From: an uncultured bacterium
Lineage (GTDB): Bacteria; Zhuqueibacterota; QNDG01; DTFT01
Reading direction: 5' to 3'
Assembly (NCBI GenBank): GCA_963736115.1
Contig: CAVTNR010000012.1
Location: 288,001-352,000 of the forward strand
Length of the DNA: 64,000 nt
Made by a program: the position numbers and the translations under genes. Below are positions 55,533 through 64,000 of the stretch, one piece after another (position 1 is the stretch's first letter; each line of letters starts with the position of its first letter). The notes below the pieces were generated by a model. That model saw only the letters and a list, made by a program, of their open reading frames with translations. It was not told where the DNA came from and searched no databases.

Positions 55533-56255
55533 CTATCGGTTGGTTCTGGCCTTGAAACAGTCCACGAATATCGCGAGCAGGACCTTGATCATGTAATAGA
55601 CCGAGCGGAACGAGGAGATGGAAGAGCGGCCGTGCCCGCGCTCGCGCATGCGGATCGGCACCTCCCGGATGCGGAACCCGTTGCGGCCGAGCAGGACCAC
55701 CGATTCCGGCTCGGGATAGTCCTGCGGGTAATGCTCCGACAGAAAGGCGAGCGCCTTCCGGTTGTAGGCCCGGAACCCGGATGTGTTGTCCGTAATGGTC
55801 TGACCCAGCACCCATGAATTGACGCGCTCGAAAACACGCGTGCCCACCCGTCTCAGCCGCGTGGTCGTATACCCCCCGGCGCTCAGGAACCGGGAGCCGA
55901 TCACGACGTCCGCTCCGTCCGGCCCCAGGGCCGCGAGCAGGGCCGGGATTTCGGACGGCACGTGCTGTCCGTCACCGTCGACCTGCACCGCGGCATCGTA
56001 CCCGTTCCGCACCGCGTAGCGGAATCCGGTCTGCACCGCGCCGCCGATGCCGAGATTGTAGGGCAGGCGGACCACGGTCGCGCCAGCCGCGGCCGCCTTC
56101 TCCGCGGTCCGGTCCGACGATCCGTCGTCCACCACCAGCACGTCAACGGCCGGCCGCACCGCGAGCAGTTCGCGGACCACGTCCGAGACGCCGCCGGCTT
56201 CATTGAAGGCGGGGACCACGGCAAGCACGGCCGGAGCCGGGGCTTTCCGTTTCAT
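55533..56255 (-). CDS. GT2 polyprenol-phosphate glycosyltransferase (DPM-synthase-like)
   Basis: PAFNEA, VDDGSSD, NLGIGGA, DGDGQH, GSRF, DNTSGFR. Confidence 0.92.
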   Translation of the reverse strand: MKRKAPAPAVLAVVPAFNEAGGVSDVVRELLAVRPAVDVLVVDDGSSDRTAEKAAAAGATVVRLPYNLGIGGAVQTGFRYAVRNGYDAAVQVDGDGQHVPSEIPALLAALGPDGADVVIGSRFLSAGGYTTTRLRRVGTRVFERVNSWVLGQTITDNTSGFRAYNRKALAFLSEHYPQDYPEPESVVLLGRNGFRIREVPIRMRERGHGRSSISSFRSVYYMIKVLLAIFVDCFKARTNR

Positions 56256-58177
56256 GGTCCCTCCTCCCCCGGCGCCGACGGTCCCGCCGGCTCGACGCGG
56301 TACACCACCGTGCGTATCCCGCCCGGCTGGTCGGACGCGTACACAAGACGGAGTCCCTCGGGCGGCCCGCCCTCCGTGAGGAGAGGCGCGAGATTGGGGA
56401 ACCAGAACAGGGTTCTGGAACTGAACACCATGTATTCCACGCCCCGGTTCCGGGCATAGGCCAGGTTCCTGGAAACGTCGTCATAGGAGAAGGACGCGCC
56501 CTTGCGCATGTCATACTGGCCGGCGTAAAAGTCCACAGCCTTGTTGAGGCTCATCAGAACCGGCGGCCGGCCGTTCTCCCGGAGCAGCCAGCGGCCCGCT
56601 TCCTTCAATTCGACGGGGTCCGCCCAGGCGCCGGTTGAATCGGTCCGGATGCCGGCCAGACGCGCGGTTTCAGGCAGCAGGCCGAAAACGAAAATCACGG
56701 CCGCGGTCGCAAAGGCCGCGGCCCTTCCTGCAACCGCGGAACCGGTATTCCTGCTTTTCCGCTGAGCGAAACGCCTCGGGAAGGAATCGGACAGAAAATG
56801 CGCCGTTCTTTCCGCAACGAAAACAGTTCCCCGCCCGATCCACGGCAGCATGAGCGGAAAAAGGGGCAGAAAATACCGTTCATTCACATGGAACATCGGG
56901 ATCACGGCCAGCCAGAAAAACGCCGGAAAGGCCAGACCGTAAACCGCGAAATCCCAACGCCGGAAATCGGAAACGCCTCCGAGCAGACCGGCCGCGAAAA
57001 GCGCCAGCAGCAGGGCCGAAAAAAGCTGGGGAATGAACTGCTTGAGGACGCGGTAATAATTCTTCGCGAACTTGACAGCGGTCTGCGAGAGTGGAATCTC
57101 GGCAACGCGTTCACGGCCGCCCTCCACGGCCGCCAGTTCCCGGAGCGTGCCGGAATGATACGCCATGTCCACCGGCAGATGCCGGTTGTCCGGCGTCAGG
57201 TGATAGAAGGGATCCGGGTTGGATTCGTCCTGGAAATAGACCGCGGACTCGAACTGCTGGTTCACCGAGCCCTTGGACGACAGGGTCCACGCGCCTGTCT
57301 CGGCGCGCAGATAAACCCAGTACGGCGCCGCCAGAATCAGGAATCCGGCCGACGCGCATGCCGCGGCCGCGATCGCGCGGTTGCGGGCCGGAGAGCGGAA
57401 CAGGAAGAAGAAAAACGCGGCCGCCAGAAAGACCAGGAGAAATCCGATGCCTTCAGGCCGGACGAGATACGCCGCGCCCCAGAGGAGACCCGCACCGGCT
57501 GCATGGAGTCCCGGGTTCAGCCTTTCAAGAATCCCGGACGGATGTCCGGGCCCCGTCCGGTCGGTCATGCGGCCCCGAAGGACGGGCTCCGGCTTCGAAC
57601 CCGTTCCGCGGCCGGTTTTCCCGCCCGCGGTCAGCGCCTTCCATGCGATCCAGATCCCTCCCAGTCCGAGAGCGGAAAACAGGGATTCGGGCATGACATT
57701 GGTGGAGACGAAAGCCAAAGGCGGGTAAAAGGCCGCGAATCCGGCCGCGATCAGAGATTCCTTTTTCCCGAACAGGACGCCGGACATGCGGAACACCAGC
57801 CATACGGTGACGCATGCGGACACCAGGTTCACCAGCCGGCCCGCGGTTTCCAGGTCTCCGGTCAGAGGCTTGAAAAAAGCGATTACCAGCGGAAAAAAAG
57901 GCGGCCAGTACGGATGCAGAAGCCCGGTGAACCCGCGCTCGAGAAAGGATCCGGCCAGCCGCAGGTAATGGGGCTCGTCAAAGCTCACCGCCTGCCTGAA
58001 TGCGAGAATGAGCACGATGCGGAAAATCGCGGCGCCGAGCAGAATGGCCGCGGGCCGGGTGTCGATCCCGGCGAATGGCCGGGCCGGGACGGACGCATCC
58101 CGCTTCGCGGCTGGGACGGGACGGACCGGCCGCTGTGCGGGCCCTGTCCCGGTTTTTTTTCGAACGATGGACTTCAT
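56252..58177 (-). CDS. GT-C fold (ArnT/PMT-like) glycosyltransferase
   Basis: FDEPHY, WPPFFP, MPESLF, YLVRPEG, NERYFLP. Confidence 0.85.
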   Translation of the reverse strand: MKSIVRKKTGTGPAQRPVRPVPAAKRDASVPARPFAGIDTRPAAILLGAAIFRIVLILAFRQAVSFDEPHYLRLAGSFLERGFTGLLHPYWPPFFPLVIAFFKPLTGDLETAGRLVNLVSACVTVWLVFRMSGVLFGKKESLIAAGFAAFYPPLAFVSTNVMPESLFSALGLGGIWIAWKALTAGGKTGRGTGSKPEPVLRGRMTDRTGPGHPSGILERLNPGLHAAGAGLLWGAAYLVRPEGIGFLLVFLAAAFFFFLFRSPARNRAIAAAACASAGFLILAAPYWVYLRAETGAWTLSSKGSVNQQFESAVYFQDESNPDPFYHLTPDNRHLPVDMAYHSGTLRELAAVEGGRERVAEIPLSQTAVKFAKNYYRVLKQFIPQLFSALLLALFAAGLLGGVSDFRRWDFAVYGLAFPAFFWLAVIPMFHVNERYFLPLFPLMLPWIGRGTVFVAERTAHFLSDSFPRRFAQRKSRNTGSAVAGRAAAFATAAVIFVFGLLPETARLAGIRTDSTGAWADPVELKEAGRWLLRENGRPPVLMSLNKAVDFYAGQYDMRKGASFSYDDVSRNLAYARNRGVEYMVFSSRTLFWFPNLAPLLTEGGPPEGLRLVYASDQPGGIRTVVYRVEPAGPSAPGEEGP

Positions 58178-59091
58178 GAAAGAGGTCTCCATTGTCCCGC
58201 GGCTTCCATCTGCCCTCGGACGATTTTCAACGCCTCCTCGGCGGACGAAAGCGTGAAACCGAATTCGGCTTTCAGCTTTCCGGAATCCAGGCCGGAACGG
58301 AGCGGACGGGGCGCGGGCTGTCGGAAGGACGCGCTCGTCACGGGCCGAATGAGCGAAGCGTCCAGCCCGAACACGGACGCGGCCTTGACCGCGAAATCGT
58401 ACCGGTTCAACCATTCCGACCCGGCCGTGTGGTACAGGCCCGAGGCGCCGCGATCCACCAGCAGGAGGACGGCCCGCGCCAGGTCGTCCGCGAGCGTCGG
58501 GTGGCCGACCTGGTCGGTGACGATGGAAACCGGCTCCCCGGCCGACAGCTTGCGGACCAGCCACGTGACGAAATTATCCCGTATCCCCGGGGCGAAACCG
58601 AACAGCACCATGGTCCTCGCGATCACCGCGTCCGGGAGCTCGGTCCGAACGGCCCGCTCGCCTTCGAGCTTGGTCCGGCCGTAATGGCTGAGGGGATTCG
58701 TCTCATCCGTCTCGGTGTAGGGGCCCGCGGTTCCGTCGAACACGTAATCCGTGGAAATGTGCGCCATCCGCAGTCCCTGTTTCCGGCACGCGGCCGCGAC
58801 GTTCCGGGCGCCGTCCACGTTGACGGCCCATGATTCCTCCCGCCGCGTTTCGCATCCGTCCACGTCCGTGAACGCTGCCGTGTGGATCACGGCGTCCGGA
58901 CGCGTGCGCTCCAGAACGCCCGCGACCTGTTCCGCGGAGGTCACGTCGCACCGGGCATAGACTTCCGCGGAGGACCCGGCGGCCGGGCTTTCCTGGATGT
59001 CCAGCGAAACGGCGCGGAACCGGGATGCGGCCGCTTCCAGGACCTTCAGTCCCAGCAGGCCGTTTCCGCCCGTGACGGCCAGCGTCTTCAT
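58174..59091 (-). CDS. rfbD: dTDP-4-dehydrorhamnose reductase
   Basis: TGGNGLLG, AAFTDVDGCE, ISTDYVFDG, YGRTK, DQVGHPT, APRP. Confidence 0.93.
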   Translation of the reverse strand: MKTLAVTGGNGLLGLKVLEAAASRFRAVSLDIQESPAAGSSAEVYARCDVTSAEQVAGVLERTRPDAVIHTAAFTDVDGCETRREESWAVNVDGARNVAAACRKQGLRMAHISTDYVFDGTAGPYTETDETNPLSHYGRTKLEGERAVRTELPDAVIARTMVLFGFAPGIRDNFVTWLVRKLSAGEPVSIVTDQVGHPTLADDLARAVLLLVDRGASGLYHTAGSEWLNRYDFAVKAASVFGLDASLIRPVTSASFRQPAPRPLRSGLDSGKLKAEFGFTLSSAEEALKIVRGQMEAAGQWRPLS

Positions 59092-60188
59092 CGCTTGCCC
59101 GACAGGGAGCGGAACAGCCGCTCGTACTGCGCGGCGACGCCGTCCCATGAATACCGCTCTTCCGCGCGCCGCTTCGCCGCCCGGCCGTAGTCCCGGACCT
59201 CGGAGGGCCGCGCCAGCATTCTCTGCATTTTGTCGGTCAGCGAGGGGACATCGGACGCGCGGAAATACTCGCCCGCGTTCCCCAGCACCTCGCGGTGCTC
59301 CGGCACGTCGTTGGCGAGAATGCAGTTGCCGTGCGCCATGGCTTCGATCAGGGCCGGATGCGTGCCCCCCACCTCGGTGGCCTGGATGTAGGCGTAGGCG
59401 TGCGATTGGAACTCGCGGTAGCCCCGGCCGAACACGTATCCCGTGAACACGATCCGTTTGTCGGCCGTGGCCTTCAGCTCCCGGATGTAATCGGAGCTGA
59501 AGGGCGCGTCGCCCACGATCACCAGGCGGCGATCCGTAGCCACCCGCTCAAAGGCGCGGATCACGGCCAGGGCGTTGTTCTCCGGCTCGAGCCGGCTGAC
59601 ATACAGAAAATACCGGCCCGGCCTGACACCGAAGCGGTCAAGCGCGCCCGTGGTTTTGATCCGCTCCGCCTGCGCGCCGTAGGGGATGAAGACGCTTTCG
59701 CGTCCGAACCGGCTCAGGTAGTACTGCCGCACCACCTCCGCGTCCGTCACCACCGCGTGCGGAAGCAGGGTCGACAGGTATTCGGACATGCGGTACACCG
59801 CGCGGCCGAAAGAATTCCACTTGGCCCTCTGCCACTCCAGACCGTCGACGTTGAGGGCGACCCGGTGACCGGTCAGCCGCGGCCCGATCGTGCAGATGGC
59901 GTTCGCGCTGTTGCAGAACAGCAGAGCGTCGTACCGGCGCCACATGACGTGGCCCGCGGACAGCGCCGTGTGCACGGGCGTATCCAGGTACTTGTGCATG
60001 AGGGTCGGCAGAAGAACGAGCCGGACGCCGCGGTACCGCCTGTCTTTGGTCCGGATGTAATTCGAGCGGCCGTACACGGTCACGTCATGCCCGCGTTCGG
60101 CCAGACGCACGGACAATTCCTCCGCGAAGGTCTCGAATCCGCCGTAATTCGCCGGTATGCCCCGGGTTCCGAGAATGGCGATGCGCAT
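59088..60188 (-). CDS. glycosyltransferase family 4 (DUF1972-type)
   Basis: GTRGIPANYGGFETF, NVDGLEW, RLEPENN, VGGTHPALIEAM. Confidence 0.92.
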   Translation of the reverse strand: MRIAILGTRGIPANYGGFETFAEELSVRLAERGHDVTVYGRSNYIRTKDRRYRGVRLVLLPTLMHKYLDTPVHTALSAGHVMWRRYDALLFCNSANAICTIGPRLTGHRVALNVDGLEWQRAKWNSFGRAVYRMSEYLSTLLPHAVVTDAEVVRQYYLSRFGRESVFIPYGAQAERIKTTGALDRFGVRPGRYFLYVSRLEPENNALAVIRAFERVATDRRLVIVGDAPFSSDYIRELKATADKRIVFTGYVFGRGYREFQSHAYAYIQATEVGGTHPALIEAMAHGNCILANDVPEHREVLGNAGEYFRASDVPSLTDKMQRMLARPSEVRDYGRAAKRRAEERYSWDGVAAQYERLFRSLSGKR

Positions 60189-60200
60189 GCGGCGGCCTCC

Positions 60201-61643
60201 CTATGCCGATTCCGGAGGCGGGGACGGCGCCGGGCCCGGAGACCGCGAAAAAATCTTCAGGTCGTCGCGCCGCAGTTCGCCCGTGGCCAGCAGAATGCCG
60301 GCGAAAGCGGCGGTTCCCGCGGCCCCGGCCGCGATGAACCACGGCCCCCGGACGGGCAGAAAGAACAGGCAGATCAGAAGCCCGGCGGTCGCCAGCCCGA
60401 TGCGGCCGATCGAGGCGGGACCCGGGAAGGCCGCGTATTTGCGGAGCACGTCGGCCGCGCCCCAGACGCAGGCGAGTCCGATGGAGACCAGCGCCGCGTA
60501 GGCCGGGCCCCGGGCGCCGAGCCGGGGCGCCAGAACCGCGATCAGGACCAGGTCGACGGCCACTGAAGCGGCCGCGATTTTGGAGGCCTGACGGGGCCGT
60601 CCGTCCGCGCTGATCAGAGTCAGGAGCATGTTCAGCACGGCCATGGCCGTCATGGCCAGGACCAGAATGCCGAGCAGAGGCGCCGCGGGCAGATACGCGT
60701 CCGGGAACAGAAGGAGCAGGATCTCCCGCTTGTACACGGTTATCATCACGCAGAGGGGAATGAGCATGAACGCCGCGAACCGGACGGCGTTGGCAATGGT
60801 CCGACCCGCCCGTTCGACCGCGCCCGAGGCAAGCGCCTCGGAAATGACCGGCATGAGTACGGCCGAAAGCCCGGCCAGGCCGTAATAGGGAATTCGGGAC
60901 AAAGTCGCGGCCACGTAGTAATGCCCGCTGGCCTGGTCCCCGAAAAGAGTCCGGACCGACCAGAGATCGACGGACATCAGCAGTTGGGTCATCAGGGAAT
61001 ACAGGAGCGCGGGCAGTGCGAAGCGGACCAGTTCACGGCCGTACGCCGGCGGCCGGACGCGGCGGTCGTCCACCAGAGCCCAGGCGAAGGCAAGGGAAAG
61101 GGCGGAACCGAGAATATTGCCCGCGAATGCGGAGTCCAGAGCCGGATGAAGCCGGTACAGCAGGATAATGGAACCGAGCTTGGCCAGGCCGTAAAATACG
61201 TAACAGACGCCCTGCCTGCCGAATGCGCGCCTGCCGTTGTGATACGCGACGATCAGGTGGAAGAATCCGTAAAAAGGCAGGTTCAGGAAAGCCAGCCGGA
61301 AATACGGCGTCAGATGCGGATCCCTGAAAAAACCGGCGAAGAGCGGCGCGGCCAGGACGAGCAGAACCGTCAGGCCGAGAGTCACGGCCGCCTGTATCCG
61401 CAGCGCGGCCTGGAGTATGGAACGGGATTCGCTTTCATGCGCGGACGTGTACTTCTGCACGGCGAACGGCAGTCCGGTGATGACCAGAATCTCGATCCAG
61501 AGCAGGACGGTCATTACGGTGCCGTAATCGCCGAAGGACCCCAGGGGGAACCAGCGCGCGAGAACGAGATTGAGACCGTACCCGGTGACGAGAATGGCGA
61601 ACCATCCGGCCATCAGGTACAGGGCGCCCCGCTTGAGGTTCAC
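60201..61643 (-). CDS. second Wzx/MATE-like oligosaccharide flippase
   Basis: LARW...FGDYG, GLPFAV, SGHYYVA, 12-14 TM; GTG start overlapping upstream stop. Confidence 0.85.
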   Translation of the reverse strand: MNLKRGALYLMAGWFAILVTGYGLNLVLARWFPLGSFGDYGTVMTVLLWIEILVITGLPFAVQKYTSAHESESRSILQAALRIQAAVTLGLTVLLVLAAPLFAGFFRDPHLTPYFRLAFLNLPFYGFFHLIVAYHNGRRAFGRQGVCYVFYGLAKLGSIILLYRLHPALDSAFAGNILGSALSLAFAWALVDDRRVRPPAYGRELVRFALPALLYSLMTQLLMSVDLWSVRTLFGDQASGHYYVAATLSRIPYYGLAGLSAVLMPVISEALASGAVERAGRTIANAVRFAAFMLIPLCVMITVYKREILLLLFPDAYLPAAPLLGILVLAMTAMAVLNMLLTLISADGRPRQASKIAAASVAVDLVLIAVLAPRLGARGPAYAALVSIGLACVWGAADVLRKYAAFPGPASIGRIGLATAGLLICLFFLPVRGPWFIAAGAAGTAAFAGILLATGELRRDDLKIFSRSPGPAPSPPPESA

Positions 61644-63292
61644 GGACGGCCCTCCGCATCCTTCGGCCACTTGAAGGTCAGCACGGTGCCGTTCGCCGTG
61701 GCCGCGGCAGGACCCAGGCGCTCCGTCAGCCAGGCGCGGACATCAGGCGTGATATGGGCCGTGTTCTCGAAGTGGAAGGACGTGACGAGAATCCACCCGC
61801 GGTCACGGCCCTCCACCAGGGCCCGGAGCGAATCGAGGGAAGCGACGCAGGGCACGCCCGCGTACACATCCAGAATGCGGCCCCGGCCGTCCTTCGAAAA
61901 ATTCTCCATGACGGACTGTTCGGCGACGGCCCGGTTCAGGCACCAATCGGAACGGAGACCGTAGTAAAGCGCGGCCTGCGGCAGGCTGGTGATCACGCAA
62001 TCACCCTCCTGCATCGCGGCCCGGGCGGCCGCGGACGCCTCGCGCCATTCCTCGGGCGTGACCGCGGTGTTGGTGACGCCGTCCGGCAGAAAGGGGATGT
62101 GCGCCGTGATGCGGAGCCAGGGCGAGATGATAAAAACGGAACACGCGGCCGCGGCGAGCAGAAAGCGCGCAGGCCGGCGGTCCTTTCCGATCCGTTCCAG
62201 CTCGCCTTCAACCAGCCGGACGAATCCATAGGCCGCGATCATGAGAAAAAACGGATACACGAAAAACAGGTACGTCGGCTCGCGGTGACTGAACACCAGT
62301 GTCAGCATGGCCAGGGGCGCGGCGAATAGGCACCAGACCAGCCAGCCGCCGCGGACCGGCCTGGAGATGAGCATCAGCGTGCCGATGAAGAACAGGGCCG
62401 CCAGCGGAAAGCGCTGTCCGGAGACAAGAAAGTCGAGCAGAAGCGTCCGGATCCGGGCCGCGGATTCACCGGCCGCCCAGGGCGGCGTATAAAACAGAAA
62501 ATAAGATGCGGTCGATCGCAGTCCCGGAAGCAGAAGCAGGGCCGCGGCCGAGGCGAGGATGGAAAGCGCGGCCGCGATCGTGTATTTATTCAGGAGCCGG
62601 TTCCGGCCCCTCGCGACCGAACCTTCAACCGCGGCCGAGGCGAACCAGTACAGAAGAACGCCCGGCAGGAGAAGCGCGACCAGGGGATGGACCCAGAAGA
62701 AAGCAGTCGCGGTCAGAACAACGAATCCCGCCAGCCACGGCAGGGAAAGACCTTCACCGCGAATCCGCTTCAGCAGGCTGGACGCAACCCGGCCCGGTTC
62801 GCTTTTCTTCTCGAAACCGTTCAGGAACATCCACGCAAGGCACAGTGTCACAGCCTGCAGGAGGGTGTACATGCGGGCGGTGCGGGACCATCCGACCTCG
62901 AAGTGAGAGAATGCGACAAAGAAAGCGGTGAGCAGACCGGTGTTCGTCCCGAATAAGCGGCGGGCCAGGCTGTACGCGATCCAGATGGACAGGATGCCGA
63001 ACAGGGCCGACGGAAGCCGCGTCGCCGCTTCGTTCATCCCGAACAGGCGGTAGGTCAGGGCCGTGGTCAGGGTCAGCGCCTGGGCCCGGCCGTCCTGCTT
63101 GCCCGATGGAAAGAGGTCCTTCCCGGCCTCATTCCAGGACCGGGCGGAGAAATGCGTGTTGAACTCGTCGACCCAGAGGCTGGCCGTGCCCAGGTTCCAG
63201 AGGCGGAGAAAGCCGCCCGCTGCGAGCAGACCGGCCAGAATCAGGATGCGGATAGTCCGGTTCTCCGTTGTCCATCGGACGGATGGGTTCAT
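61640..63292 (-). CDS. GT-C fold (ArnT/PMT-like) glycosyltransferase
   Basis: LRLWNLG..SLWVDE, RLPSALFG, SRTARMY. Confidence 0.88.
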   Translation of the reverse strand: MNPSVRWTTENRTIRILILAGLLAAGGFLRLWNLGTASLWVDEFNTHFSARSWNEAGKDLFPSGKQDGRAQALTLTTALTYRLFGMNEAATRLPSALFGILSIWIAYSLARRLFGTNTGLLTAFFVAFSHFEVGWSRTARMYTLLQAVTLCLAWMFLNGFEKKSEPGRVASSLLKRIRGEGLSLPWLAGFVVLTATAFFWVHPLVALLLPGVLLYWFASAAVEGSVARGRNRLLNKYTIAAALSILASAAALLLLPGLRSTASYFLFYTPPWAAGESAARIRTLLLDFLVSGQRFPLAALFFIGTLMLISRPVRGGWLVWCLFAAPLAMLTLVFSHREPTYLFFVYPFFLMIAAYGFVRLVEGELERIGKDRRPARFLLAAAACSVFIISPWLRITAHIPFLPDGVTNTAVTPEEWREASAAARAAMQEGDCVITSLPQAALYYGLRSDWCLNRAVAEQSVMENFSKDGRGRILDVYAGVPCVASLDSLRALVEGRDRGWILVTSFHFENTAHITPDVRAWLTERLGPAAATANGTVLTFKWPKDAEGRP

Positions 63293-64000
63293 TTAATTTT
63301 TCCCTCTTTGGATAGGCTCGGATTCTCAGTGCTCAGCCCGGAACGGTGCGGACCCCGGATGAATCCCCAGGTGTACCACAGGAGACCCAGGAAAATAGGG
63401 GGATACAACGCGACATACTGCAGAAACAGGCGGCGGTCCGATTTCAGGAACCGCAGACCGATGGCCGCGGTGCGGAAAGCCGGGATGAAAACGATCAGGA
63501 ACGGCCACCGGATCAGGAAATGGCCGTGGCGCCGTGTGAGCCGCCGCGTCTCGGATGCGCCTTCGCCCAAAGCGGTCTGGTTCCTGAGGAAATGCAGGAA
63601 TCCGGTCCGGTTCATGTGCGTGATCCGCGCCTCCGGCACGAAACGGATGCGGTGGCCCAGGGCCCGGGCCCGGTCGCAGAAAATGGTGTCCTCCCCCTTC
63701 ATGAAATCCGGGAACCCGCCGACCGCATCGAACACCGGCCGTTCCACGCCGAGATTGCACGAGGGCAGGGCGCCGATCTCCCGCCCGGGCATGCCGGGAT
63801 TGATCTCGTTGAATTCCAGAAGGTATTCGGCCGTGCCCACCCCACTGCGGGGCGTGCCGTTCGCCACACTGCCACCCGCCACCCGGTACCCGCTGATCAC
63901 GGTTTTCCACAACCGGTCCAGCCACTCGACATCCGGGATGCAGTCAGTGTCCGTGAAGCACACCACCCGGCCAAGGGCCATGCGACCGCCGATGGTCCGG
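63289..64000 (-). CDS. glycosyltransferase family 2 (5' end beyond window)
   Basis: FTDTDC (DxD), SCNL, VGGF, GED. Confidence 0.85.
   Translation of the reverse strand, partial: RTIGGRMALGRVVCFTDTDCIPDVEWLDRLWKTVISGYRVAGGSVANGTPRSGVGTAEYLLEFNEINPGMPGREIGALPSCNLGVERPVFDAVGGFPDFMKGEDTIFCDRARALGHRIRFVPEARITHMNRTGFLHFLRNQTALGEGASETRRLTRRHGHFLIRWPFLIVFIPAFRTAAIGLRFLKSDRRLFLQYVALYPPIFLGLLWYTWGFIRGPHRSGLSTENPSLSKEGKIK

Noticed and set aside
57500-57630. Gly/Pro-rich loop insertion with small hairpins in GT-C gene
   Set aside because: Short GC-rich hairpins are expected by chance; no match to the repeats in nadK
58098-58116. TCCCGCTTCGCGG in GT-C N-terminus as micro-element
   Set aside because: Only the hairpin head matches; no tail and no restorable host hairpin

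Overview
GC-rich (~60-65%) bacterial chromosome window. The likely source is an FCB-superphylum lineage such as candidate phylum KSB1, inferred from the T9SS/FlgD-like C-terminal domains and a Bacteroidota-type bS22. Essentially every gene is on the minus strand, and scattered 1-nt homopolymer frameshifts suggest long-read assembly errors. Left to right: ABC-F ATPase, groEL/groES, two tandem secreted CBM6-CotH-LTD proteins sharing a near-identical ~660 bp tract, nadK-dxs-xseB-xseA-bS22-HU-sppA, secreted DUF362 and beta-propeller proteins, a membrane AraC, a TPR lipoprotein, GH5, an IS3 remnant, GH30, an integron, a GH130/SSS mannoside-uptake pair and a ~22 kb surface-polysaccharide/glycosylation locus. 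The integron (29.4-38.1 kb) is the clearest notable system. Its intI carries an in-frame TGA and points in the same direction as a downstream array of attC-bounded cassettes (MBL hydrolase, full katG, two-gene ThDP E1 alpha/beta, DUF1003, OM beta-barrel), and the attC sites decay with distance from intI. The most novel-looking signal is a family of tiny (24 and 44 nt) hairpin-headed insertions found four times, each at the same G^C position of a host palindrome with no target duplication; two lie inside a ~95-aa in-frame palindromic insertion in NAD kinase. Also flagged: a GGA-rich CsrB-like sRNA candidate and a shared C-terminal DxxPPAxP motif on secreted proteins of the polysaccharide locus.
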